Shown piece after piece: positions 54,308 to 64,000 of a stretch of DNA of 64,000 bases. The DNA comes from an uncultured Chloroflexia bacterium (GTDB taxonomy: Bacteria > Chloroflexota > Anaerolineae > CG2-30-64-16). The notes under the pieces were generated by a model. The model searched no databases and was not told where the DNA came from. It was given only the letters and a program-made list of their open reading frames with translations. The position numbers and the translations under genes were made by a program. Each line of letters begins with the position of its first letter. The stretch's first letter is position 1. The stretch covers positions 1,120,001 to 1,184,000 of the forward strand of contig CAWEMM010000006.1 of the NCBI GenBank assembly GCA_963810095.1, written 5' to 3'.

Positions 54308-54976
54308 TTGCAATCAGTTCGACGGCGGATCACGGAGATTCTGAAAGAGCACGGTTCGGCCACGGTGGCCGAGCTGGCGGGCGAGCTTGAAATGGCTCAG
54401 GTCTCTGTTCGCCATCACCTCGATATCCTGGTGGGCGAGGATCTTGTCGAGCTGACCGGCGTCCGGCGCCGCGATGGTGCGGGGCGTCCTTCGCAGGTTT
54501 ACACGCTGACGACGAACGCGCAGGCGCTCTTTCCACAGCGCAACGCACAGCTCGCCGCCAGCGTGCTCACCGAGCTCAAGGCCGTCCTCTCGCCCGACGA
54601 GGTGACGCAGCTTCTGCTCCGGGTCGCCGAGCGCACGGCTGCCGAGGCTCCGCGGCCGGCAGAAGAACAAAGCCTCGAAGAACGCCTGGACCAGGTCACG
54701 AGCTTTTTAACACAGAAGGGGTACAGTGCGCGCTGGGAAGCCTGCGACGGCTATTTCGAGCTTCACGCATGCAACTGTCCCTACAGCGGCGTAGCCGACC
54801 AGCACCCGGAGCTGTGCATGATGGATCATGCGGTGATTAACCGGCTGCTGCCCGGCGCGGTCCGTTCCGACTGCATCCGGTTGCATTCACACGCGCTTGA
54901 CGGCGCAAACCGCTGCAGTTATGTCCTCAAACCGAGCGACTGGCCTACCGTGCGGCCGCCGGTCGAGGGAGAATAA
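54308..54976 (+). CDS. SufR-like (ArsR/DeoR-type HTH) Fe-S-sensing transcriptional regulator
   Basis: SVRHHLDIL, GAGRPSQVYTLT, LFPQR, C-terminal CNCPY...ELC...C ligands. Confidence 0.82.
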   Translation: MQSVRRRITEILKEHGSATVAELAGELEMAQVSVRHHLDILVGEDLVELTGVRRRDGAGRPSQVYTLTTNAQALFPQRNAQLAASVLTELKAVLSPDEVTQLLLRVAERTAAEAPRPAEEQSLEERLDQVTSFLTQKGYSARWEACDGYFELHACNCPYSGVADQHPELCMMDHAVINRLLPGAVRSDCIRLHSHALDGANRCSYVLKPSDWPTVRPPVEGE

Positions 54977-54994
54977 AAGGTCGATCCAAAGGCG

Positions 54995-56026
54995 ATGACC
55001 GAATTTTTCGCTCCAGAGATACGAATTTACGACGGCCCGGGCAAGGTTATGATCGACAGCTACGGCCGCCACTTGCACTATCTCAGGGTCTCCTTGACCG
55101 ATGCCTGTAATCTGCGCTGCGTGTATTGCATGCCGGAGGACATCCGCTTCCGGCCGTTCGCCACGTTGATGCAGGACGACGAGATTCTGACCCTGGTGCG
55201 CGTCGCGGCGAGCCTTGGCGTAGACAAGATCCGGCTGACCGGCGGGGAACCGACCATCCGTCACGGCGTCGTAGACCTGGTGCGGGCGATCAAGGGCCTT
55301 CCCGGCATCGAGCGGGTGGTGATGACCACGAACGGCGTCAAGCTGGACGAGTTGGCCGAGCCGCTGGCGCAGGCGGGCCTGGCACAGGTCAACATCAGCA
55401 TCGACTCGCTGGACCCGGAGAAGTTCCGCCGCATTACCCGGCGGGGTGACCTGGACGACGTCTGGCGCGGCATCGCCGCGGCCGAGGCAGCCGGCCTCCT
55501 GCCGATCAAGCTCAACTGCGTCGTGACGCGCGGCTTTAACGACGACGAGGTGGTGGAGCTGGCACGGTTGTCGCTGCGTAACGATTGGGAAGTCCGCTTC
55601 ATCGAGTTGATGCCGCTGGGCAGCGTCGCAGACTTCCAGGAGCACCAGGTTGTGCCGTCGGGCGAGACGAAAGCCCGCATCGAAGCGGCGCTTGGCCCGC
55701 TCGAGGTAGTGCCGGGTCACAACGGCCACGATCCCGCGCACTCGTATCGCCTGCCCGGTGCGACCGGCCGGCTCGGCTTCATCAGCAGCGTGAGCGAGCC
55801 GTTCTGTGCCGGGTGTGACCGCCTCCGCCTGACCGCGGACGGCAAGCTACGGCTTTGCCTGCTGCGCGACGACGAGGTCGATTTGCTGACACCGCTGCGC
55901 GCCGGCGCAGATTTCGATACCCTGCGTCAACTGATGGCCGACGGCGCCTACCATAAACCGTGGGGCCACCGGCTCGAACAGCACGACATCGCCACATCCC
56001 GCGAGATGAGCCAGATCGGCGGGTAA
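54995..56026 (+). CDS. moaA: GTP 3',8-cyclase MoaA
   Basis: YLRVSLTDACNLRCVYCMP, RLTGGEP, RFIELMP, FCAGCDRLRLTADGKLRLCL, C-terminal MSQIGG. Confidence 0.96.
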   Translation: MTEFFAPEIRIYDGPGKVMIDSYGRHLHYLRVSLTDACNLRCVYCMPEDIRFRPFATLMQDDEILTLVRVAASLGVDKIRLTGGEPTIRHGVVDLVRAIKGLPGIERVVMTTNGVKLDELAEPLAQAGLAQVNISIDSLDPEKFRRITRRGDLDDVWRGIAAAEAAGLLPIKLNCVVTRGFNDDEVVELARLSLRNDWEVRFIELMPLGSVADFQEHQVVPSGETKARIEAALGPLEVVPGHNGHDPAHSYRLPGATGRLGFISSVSEPFCAGCDRLRLTADGKLRLCLLRDDEVDLLTPLRAGADFDTLRQLMADGAYHKPWGHRLEQHDIATSREMSQIGG

Positions 56027-56039
56027 GTTACTTGTGTCT

Positions 56040-56087
56040 TTCCGTGCTGTGGTTTGGCGGCCTGGGCCGCCAAACCACAGCACGGAA
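56040..56087. other. long perfect hairpin between moaA and iscA/erpA
   Basis: TTCCGTGCTGTGGTTTGGCGGCC / GGCCGCCAAACCACAGCACGGAA (23-bp arms). Confidence 0.7.
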
Positions 56088-56123
56088 GAAATGCGCATTA
56101 ATCCGAGTTTGAGGGAGGATCTC

Positions 56124-56534
56124 ATGTCGGTTGAAGTTGAAACAATCGAGACCATGGAAGCGACCGAGGTCATTAACCTGACCGAGGCCGCGGCCGAGAA
56201 GCTAGATGGAATCATGCGGGAAAAGGGCGTCCGCGAGACGCATGCCCTGCGTGTGTTTGTTAGCGGCGGCGGCTGCAGCGGGCTGCAGTACGGGATGACC
56301 TTCGACCCGGCCCCGCGCGAAATCGACACCGTGGTAACGCAGCACGGCATGCGCGTCGTCATCGACCCGCAGAGCCTGCAGTACATGGGCGGCAGCACGA
56401 TCGACTACGTCGACAGCCTGATGGGCGGCGGTTTCCACATCGAGAACCCGAACGCCGTGTCGGCTTGCGGTTGCGGCCAGTCCTTCAAGACTAAGGACCA
56501 GGCCGGTTCGGGCGGCTGCTCGAGCTGCCACTAA
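56124..56534 (+). CDS. A-type Fe-S carrier (IscA/ErpA/HesB family)
   Basis: GGAGG RBS, LRVFVSGGGCSGLQY, IDYVD, NPNAVSACGCGQSF. Confidence 0.95.
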   Translation: MSVEVETIETMEATEVINLTEAAAEKLDGIMREKGVRETHALRVFVSGGGCSGLQYGMTFDPAPREIDTVVTQHGMRVVIDPQSLQYMGGSTIDYVDSLMGGGFHIENPNAVSACGCGQSFKTKDQAGSGGCSSCH

Positions 56535-56545
56535 TCTCTGACCTT

Positions 56546-56595
56546 AACAAACCGGGTTTCTCCAAGCGACAAGGTCGCACGAAACCCGGTTTGTT
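56546..56595. repeat. REP-like palindrome (family B)
   Basis: AACAAACCGGGTTTC...GAAACCCGGTTTGTT with inner GCGAC/GTCGC stem. Confidence 0.65.
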
Positions 56596-56615
56596 TGCGC
56601 TAAGCAGCATCGCCT

Positions 56616-58073
56616 ATGAAGCCCGTCACCCGCGCCGATATCCGCCAGGTCGGTGCTAACCTGTACCAGATTCCCCAGGACTTTCGGCCCGACATGCGCG
56701 TTCCGGCGCACTTTTACGCCGACGAGGGGTTTCTATCGGCCGCGCTCGAAGATCGCTCGCTCGAACAGCTGGTCAACACGGCGACGCTGCCGGGGGTGGT
56801 GGGCCAGGCGATGGCCATGCCCGACATTCACCAGGGCTACGGTTTTCCCATCGGCGGTGTCGCCGCCACCTTGCTGCCCCATGGCGTCGTCTCGCCCGGG
56901 GGGGTGGGTTACGACATCAACTGCGGGGTTCGCCTGCTCGCGTCCAACTTGACGAGCGGCGACGTGCGCCCCTACCTGCCCATGCTCGCCGACGCGCTCT
57001 ACCGCCACCTGCCCTCGGGCGTGGGGGTGAAGGGGCACCTGCACACGAACAAGACGGAGCTCGAAGGCATCCTGGCCGACGGCAGCCAGTGGGCCGCCCG
57101 GGAAGGCTATGCCCGTCCCGAAGACGTCGTCCACACGGAGGAACGCGGCCGCATGGCCGGCGCGAACCCGGACAAGGTCAGCAAGGCGGCCAAGGAGCGC
57201 GGACTCGAACAGGTGGGCACGCTCGGCTCGGGCAACCATTTCGCCGAGATCGACGAAGTCACGCAGGTTTTCGACGCCGAGGCTGCCGCAGCTTTCGGAC
57301 TGCGCAAGGGGCAGGTCGTCTTTCAGATTCACTGCGGAAGCCGGGGGCTGGGCCACCAGGTCGCGACCGATTACATCGAGAGCTTCCAGCGTGCGTCGCG
57401 GAAGTACGGCTATGATCTGCCCGACCGCCAGCTAGTGTGCGCGCCCCTGGACTCGCCCGAGGGCGAAGCGTACCTCGCCGCCATGAACGCCGCCGCAAAC
57501 TATGCATGGGCTAATCGCCAGGTGCTGACCTACCATGCGCGCGAAGCTTTCGAGGAAGTGCTTAGGGGCAAGGGCGTAGATGGCGATTTGCGATTGCTGT
57601 ACGACGTAGCCCACAACATGGCCAAGGTCGAGACGCATGCGGTTGGCGGCAAGCAGCAGCAGGTGTGCGTTCACCGCAAGGGCGCGACCCGGGCGTTCGG
57701 CCCCGGTCACCCCGACGTGCCCGAGGATTACCGCCCGCTCGGCCAGCCGGTGTTGGTGCCGGGCAGCATGGGCACCGCATCCTACGTGCTGGTCGGCACG
57801 GCCGGCGCGATGCAGCACACCTTCGGCTCCTGCTGCCACGGCGCCGGCCGCACCCTGAGCCGCGCCGAAGCCAAGCGCCAGGTGCGCGGAGACGCGCTGC
57901 GCGGCGAGCTCGAGCACGAGGGGATCGTCGTGCGTGCGGGCAGCCTCGCGGGGCTGGCCGAAGAAGCGCCCCAGGCGTACAAGAGCATCGACCGGGTGGT
58001 CGCCGTGGTCGAAGCAGCGGGCATTGCCAGAATCGTCGCCCGCGTCGAGCCGCTGGCCGTCATCAAGGGATAA
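56616..58073 (+). CDS. rtcB: RNA ligase RtcB (long, archaeal-like type)
   Basis: [66 protein letters not shown]. Confidence 0.96.
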   Translation: MKPVTRADIRQVGANLYQIPQDFRPDMRVPAHFYADEGFLSAALEDRSLEQLVNTATLPGVVGQAMAMPDIHQGYGFPIGGVAATLLPHGVVSPGGVGYDINCGVRLLASNLTSGDVRPYLPMLADALYRHLPSGVGVKGHLHTNKTELEGILADGSQWAAREGYARPEDVVHTEERGRMAGANPDKVSKAAKERGLEQVGTLGSGNHFAEIDEVTQVFDAEAAAAFGLRKGQVVFQIHCGSRGLGHQVATDYIESFQRASRKYGYDLPDRQLVCAPLDSPEGEAYLAAMNAAANYAWANRQVLTYHAREAFEEVLRGKGVDGDLRLLYDVAHNMAKVETHAVGGKQQQVCVHRKGATRAFGPGHPDVPEDYRPLGQPVLVPGSMGTASYVLVGTAGAMQHTFGSCCHGAGRTLSRAEAKRQVRGDALRGELEHEGIVVRAGSLAGLAEEAPQAYKSIDRVVAVVEAAGIARIVARVEPLAVIKG

Positions 58074-58084
58074 TACCGGGAGAA

Positions 58085-58131
58085 ACCATTGAGGTCGCCT
58101 GACCGGTGGTCAGAGTGGCGACCTCAATGGT
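58085..58131. other. hairpin between rtcB and the first radical SAM gene
   Basis: ACCATTGAGGTCGCC / GGCGACCTCAATGGT arms with inner TGACC/GGTCA stem. Confidence 0.65.
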
Positions 58132-58157
58132 CTTGAGAGCCGGTCCAGGAGTGAGCG

Positions 58158-59634
58158 TTGCGAATCCTCTTCGTCGCCCAGGAAATCAGCTATGAGCCGC
58201 AGGGCATCATGTCGATGTCGGCCGTGCTGAAGCAGGGGGGCCATGACGTCGCCCTGACGGTCGCCGACATCGAAGACCCGGTGGCCTATGCGGTCAAGTA
58301 CCAGCCCGACATCGTCGGCTACAGCGTCATGACGGGGTCGCAGCGCGGCTACTTCGACGTGAACCTGAAGATACGCGAGGCTGTGAACCCGCTGCGCCAG
58401 AGCGCCGGCAAGAAGCCCGTCTTCTCCGTTTTCGGCGGCCCGCATCCCACATTCTTCCCCGAGATGGTGACCGAGCCGGGCGTCGATGCGATGTGCGTGG
58501 GCGAGGGCGAAGGCGCCATGCTCGAATTGGCGGACGCGCTGGCCGTGCGCAACGGGACTTATAAGACCGACATCCCGAACTGGTGGTTCAACATCGAGGG
58601 CGAGGTGATCAAGAACGCGCCCCGGCCCTTGATTCACGAGTTGTCCGATCTGCCCCATCCCGATCGCGCGTTGATCTACGACAAGATCCCGCACCTGGGC
58701 GCCGGCAACATCAAGCACTTCATCAGCTCGCGCGGGCTGCCCGTATGCCTGCACGTACTGCTTCAATCATGCGTACTACCAGCTCTACAAGCGGGAGAAG
58801 CGCGGCCAGCAGCGCAGCGTCGACGACGTCATTGCCGAAGTTAAGGCCGTGCGCGCGCGTTGGCCGCTCGAACAGGCCATCTTCATCGACGATCTGTTCG
58901 TCATCTACAACGACTGGCTCGAGGAGTTCGCCGACAAGTGGCCGCGCGAGGTGGGTTTGCCGTTCTTTGCCAATGTCCGTGCGAACCTCCTGGTTAAGGA
59001 CCCGTACAAGGTCGACCTGCTCAAGCGGGCCGGCTGCGGCACCGTCAGCATGGGTATCGAGGCCGCGAATGACCGGGTGCGCGTCGAGCTGCTCAAGCGG
59101 CGCATGACGTGCGAGGAAATCGTCGAGGCAGGCAAGATGGTGCGCGCCGCGGGTATGCACATCACCGCCACCAATATCCTGGGCCTGCCGACGACGACGC
59201 TGGAAGACGACCTGGACACCATGCGGCTGAACAGCCAGGCGCAGATGAGCTACGCCCATGCGTTCCTGTTCCAGCCTTACCCCGGCACCGAGCTCGGCCA
59301 GTTTACGGAAGAGCACGAGCTGATGGCCGGCACACTGGACGACATCGGCGAGGTCGCGTGGGACCACTCGATCCTGGTGTTCCAGGATGAAGACGACAAG
59401 CGGGCGCGCGAGCACCTGCAGCGCCTCTTCGCGCTCGGCGTCGAGTTCCCGCGGCTGGAAGGCCTGATCCGGCGCCTGATCCGCCTGCCGCATAACAAAG
59501 TGGTCGACACGGCTTTCTGGTGGGTGCACAAGCTGCACAAGGGCTACGCCATGCAGCGCCGCGTCCACCCAACGAACGCCAGCCCGGTCGAGCTGTTCAA
59601 GACCGCGCTGCACTTCATGAAGATCAAGAGCTAG
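58158..59634 (+). CDS. cobalamin-binding radical SAM enzyme #1; frameshift near 58735
   Basis: [24 protein letters not shown] (split by one extra G), FIDDLF, SMGIEA, FQPYPGT. Confidence 0.9.
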
Positions 59635-59704
59635 GTCTCTTCGCGTAAGGGCGCGGCCACCGGCACCGGTCGCCGCGCCCCCCAGAGAGACATGGAGGAA
59701 ACCT

Positions 59705-61201
59705 TTGCGAGTCGCACTGATCAACCCGAAATTCCGCCTGCCGATCGACACCCGCACGTCGCCCCATCTCGCCCTCGCGTACCTGGGCGCAGTGTCCGAG
59801 CGCCGCGGGGACGACGTGCGCGTGTACGATGCGGACGTGGAGGACCAGTCGCTGGTCGACTTCCTGCAGGAGTTCAAGCCGCACCTGGCCGGCATCACGA
59901 CGAATACGCCCCAGGTCAAGCAGTCGTGGCGCACGGCCGCTGCGATCAAGGAGGTGCTGGACATCCCGATCGTCCTGGGCGGCCCGCACGTCAGCGTGGT
60001 GTCAGAGGAACTCGACTTCGAGTCGCTGCGCCAGCCCCAGGTAGACCTGGTCGTGCGCGGCGAGGGCGAAGGGCCGTGGATCGAGATCAGCGACATCGTG
60101 GACGCGTTCCTGCGCGACCAGCCAGACTTTTCCGCCAAACGGCTGTTGGACCCCGCGCTCGACCTGTTCCACGACACAAAGGGCGTGAGCTACAAGACCG
60201 CCGACGGCCAGCTCCACCGCAACGCGGACGCCTCCCCGATCGCGGACCTGGACAGCCTGCCCTGGCCGGCCTATCACTTGTTCAAGATGAACAAGTACAC
60301 GAACCTCCAGCCGGCGACGGACGCGATTCCCGGCGAGCGCAGCTTCTCCATTATGACCAGCCGCGGCTGCCCGTATCGCTGCACCTTCTGCTCGCAGAGC
60401 ATCATGCCGATTAAGTGGCGGGCGCGCTCGTACGAGAATGTGATCGAGGAATGGCGGCACCTGGTCAAGGACCTGGGCGCGCTGGAGATCGGCGTCCTGG
60501 ACGACAGCGCAAACATCCGCAAGCAGCGCCTGGTGCAGCTGGCCGACGGCCTCATCGCCGAGAAGCTCAATCACGTGCCGTGGATCTTCGTCAATGGCAT
60601 CCGCGCCAACCTGGCCGACTAGGAGATGCTGTCGAAGCTGAAGCAGGCCGGCCTCAAGCGCACCGCGTTCGGCGTGGAGACCGGCGACGAGCAGATGATC
60701 ATCAAGATCGACAAGCACGTCGACCACGACACGATCCGGCAGGCGTTCAAGAACGCCAAGGCCGCGGGCATCGAGACCATCGGCTTCTTCATCATCGGCC
60801 TGCCCGGCGACACCCGCGAGACCATGCAGAAGACCATCGACTTTGCCATCGAGCTCGACCCCATGATCGCCAACTTCAGCATGATGACGCCCTACCCGGG
60901 CACCATCGTGTACGAACAGGTCAAGCAGAACGGCCGGTTCCTGGTGCAGGACTGGGAGGACTACGTCTTCTTCGATGCCAAGGCCCGCTATGAGATGGGC
61001 GACCTGACCGCCGACCTGATGGAAGAGATGTACCGCAAGGCGTACCGGTCCTTCTACTGGCGGCCAAAGTACGTGGCGCGGGCGATGAGCCGGAAGGACT
61101 TCTGGCTCAAGTTCGGCCGCAATGCGCGCATGGCCTACCGCACCATCGTCCCCCGCAAGGAGAAGAACGAGCTCCGGAAGGCCATGGAGTCGTCGCTATA
61201 G
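59705..61201 (+). CDS. cobalamin-binding radical SAM enzyme #2; in-frame TAG at 60620-60622
   Basis: HLALAYLGA, GGPHVS, RGEGE, TSRGCPYRCTFC, FGVETG, FIIGLPGDT, TPYPGT. Both ORF parts are in the same frame. Confidence 0.9.
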
Positions 61202-61534
61202 AGACTTGCCGGGGCGGGGCACCCAACGAATGCCTCACCCGACGCTAAATAGACAATTTGTCATTCTGACGTTGTCCATTTTGCCAGCAACTTTTCACGT
61301 TCCGGGTCTAGCGTACGCACAGCGGCGAGCAATGCCGGCCACCCGCCTGGGCCGGGATTGCTCGCCTCCGATCTTCTAAAGGGATTGGTGCGGTCACCCT
61401 AAACGCGGGCATCCTGAGCGGAGTCCCGCCAATGCGGGACGAAGCCGGAGCGCGCAGTCTCGCATCCTTCGACTTTGCAGCGCGAACAACGGCGCTGCGC
61501 CGCCCGGGATGCGTTCGATCTGCCGGAGGAATCT

Positions 61535-63010
61535 ATGCGAGTTGCTCTCGTCGGCCCTAAGTGGCACGAGATGGTTAATTCATATCCGTCCCTTGGGCTG
61601 GGATACCTCGCGGCCATCGCCGAACAGGAAGGTCATAAGGCCGCAGTCTTCGATATGGGCGCTGCGGCCCGAGACGCCGGTCGCCGACGACGTGAAGAGA
61701 TCATCGCCTGGAAGCCCGATGTGATCGCGTTCACCTCGATGACGACCTCCTACCAGCTCGGTGGAGGAGGCAGCGGCCCTGCTCAAGGCCGCACTGCCCG
61801 CGCCCATCATCATCGGCGGCCCGCACGCGACCACTCTGCCCGAACTTACCCTGCAGAACCCGCACATCGACTTCCTCGTCTACGGCGAGGGCGAATACGT
61901 CTTCCGTGACTGGCTGCGCCAGGTGGCAGCCGGCGACACGAACTGGGCCGCCAACAAGGGCCTCTGGTGCAAGGACGCGGACGGCAAGGTCGTGGACGGC
62001 GGCGAGCGCGAGCTCATCCCCGACCTGGACGAGCTGCCTTTCCCCGCCCGGCACCTGTTCGACCTGCCAGAAGTACCCCTTGTACGCGCCCAACGGCGAG
62101 ATGATGATCACCGTGCTGACCAGCCGGGGCTGCCCGTACAAGTGCTCCTTCTGCTTCAAGGGCATCGTCGGCCGCACCTACCGGCAGCGCTCGCCCGAGA
62201 ACATCGTCGCCGAACTGCGTCACCTGATCGACAAGTACGGCGTGCGCAACTTCTACTTCATGGACGACCTCTTCACGATCAACGTGAAGCGGCTCGAAGC
62301 CATCCTGGACTACTTCATCGAGCCAGAACCTGGACGTGCGCTGGCGCTGCCTGGCGCGGGTCGACCGGGTTAGCCCGGAGCTGCTGAAGAAGATGTACCA
62401 GGCGGGCTGCCGGCAGATCCACTTCGGCATCGAATCGGGCAACCCGGAAATCCTGAAGAAGACGGCCAAGCACATCGACCTGAGCCAGGTGCGCCAGGCG
62501 ATCGAGTGGACCGAGGACGCGGGGATCATGAGCAAGGGCTACTTCATGCTCGGCCTGCCCGGCGACAACGAACAGACCATGAACGAGACGATCGAGTTCG
62601 CGGCCAGCCTGCGCCTGAGCGAGGCGATGTTCTCCATCGCGACGCCCATGCCCGGCACCGAGCTGTGGGAAGAGCTGCTGCACAAGAACCCGGACACCGT
62701 CTACAACACGGACTTCACCAAGAGCTACTATTACAACTCGTACACGAGCGAGATCGCGCCCTTTATGAACGTCTCGGACGTCAGCGACGACAAGCTGAGC
62801 AAGATGGCGATCAAGGCGCGCAAGCGCTTCCTCGACAGCAAGGAAAAGCGCAAGTACGTGCGCACTTTCGGCCCAGTCTGGGGCGAGCGGATTTACAAGG
62901 TGGCCCAGGTGGAACCGATCCACAGCGTCGGCCGGTCGGTGCTGAACCTGGGGCTGTTCCCGCGCTTCCGCCAGTTGCAGCCCAAGCGGGAAGTGGAGGC
63001 GTGGGGATAA
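61535..63010 (+). CDS. cobalamin-binding radical SAM enzyme #3; frameshifts near 61660, 61755, 62070 and 62325
   Basis: GGAGGA RBS, PSLGLGYLAA, GGPHAT, YGEGE, TSRGCPYKCSFC, FMDDLF, FGIESG, TPMPGT. Confidence 0.9.
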
Positions 63011-63025
63011 ATGGCAGACAACTGA

Positions 63026-64000
63026 ATGGCGCGACAACGAGCGCTCGACGATAGGCTTTCATGGAGCAAGGTCGAGGCGGCGACCCGCTGGCGGCGCAAC
63101 CAGATGCTGCGCCCGGTGAAGTGGCTGGCCTATGAAAGCGGCCAGACCCGGCTCGTGCCGCCGCCCGACCGGCTCTACATCGAGTCGACCAACATCTGCA
63201 ACCTCTCGTGCATCATGTGCCCCACGGGACGCAAGGAGCAGATCCGCAAGAAGGGGTACATGGACTTCGAGCTCTTCAAGAGCATCGTGGACGAGATGGC
63301 GCCGTGGGTGCAGGCGACCACGCTTGCACATCTGGGGCGAGCCGCTGATGCACCCCAAGATGTTCGACATGATCGAGTACTGCCGCGCAAGAAGGGTCTG
63401 CGCAGCGAGATCAGCACGAACGCCACCCTGCTGAACGAGGAGCGCAGCAAGCGCATCCTGGACGCGGGGCTGGGCGCGATCTACCTGTGCCTCGACGGGA
63501 TGCGGCCGGAGACCTACGAGCAGATCCGCGTCAACGCGGACTACGAGAAGACCAACGAGCAACATCCGCGGCTTCATCGAACTCAAGCAGGCCGGCGGCT
63601 ACACGGCGCCCGTTCGTCAACCTCCAGATCATCGAGATGGAGAAGACGATGGGCGAGGTGGACGAGTTCGTCGAGGCGTGGAAGGTGCCCGGCGTCGACC
63701 GGATCAACGTCAAGCCATTCGACTCGTGGGGCGGGCAGATCGAGGACATCAACGCGCTGTCGACCGAGGGCAAGCCGACGCAGAAGCGGTATGCCTGCCC
63801 GAACCTGTGGTACCATACCCACGTCTATTGGGACGGCCGCATCGCCATGTGCGACCGCGACTTCAACCTGGCGTATGACCTGGGGAACGTGCGCAGCGCG
63901 GACGGCGTCGTGAGGGTCCTGGAGAACTGGAACGGGCCGAAGATGCAGGAACTGCGGCGCCGGCACGTCAAGGGCGAGGTCGGCGACGTGTCGCCCTGCA
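63026..64000 (+). CDS. radical SAM enzyme with SPASM/twitch-like C-terminus (frameshifted, runs off window)
   Basis: IESTNICNLSCIMCP, WGEPLMHP, STNATLL, then YACPNLW...WDGRIAMCDRD...LGN. Confidence 0.88.

Noticed and set aside
61230-61379. 49-aa ORF (MPHPTLNRQF...) as a RiPP precursor for the radical SAM cluster
   Set aside because: No RBS, it overlaps hairpin/REP-like sequence, and it has no leader/core pattern.

Overview
High-GC bacterial window, probably Chloroflexota (Anaerolineae/Caldilineae-like). That assignment is inferred from the Thr-Pro-linker surface proteins, SdrD-B-like domains and gene content. Many genes, including housekeeping metG and htpG, are broken by single-base frameshifts, which points to long-read indel errors rather than real pseudogenes. 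Positions 1-36.7 kb are one minus-strand cell-surface locus. It starts with an OmpR-type regulator, three large extracytoplasmic proteins and a GAF/PAS histidine kinase. It continues with a deacetylase, GT2/GT-C/GT4 glycosyltransferases, two flippase types, methyl- and acyltransferases, a radical-SAM::HpnA-like SDR fusion, and Thr/Pro-rich secreted proteins sharing a C-terminal YLP-hydrophobic motif. The middle holds a Cys/Met PLP enzyme, htpG, a ~2300-aa TPR protein whose N-terminus looks like a catalytically dead NB-ARC (STAND) module, tRNA-Lys(UUU), GH1, dCMP deaminase, upp, a DksA-like protein, VOC and a hydrolase. The right end (+) has metG, then a SufR-like regulator, moaA, iscA/erpA, rtcB and four tandem radical-SAM genes, punctuated by long hairpins and REP-like elements. 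No CRISPR array, transposase or integrase was seen. All family calls come from motif recognition by eye, with no database search.
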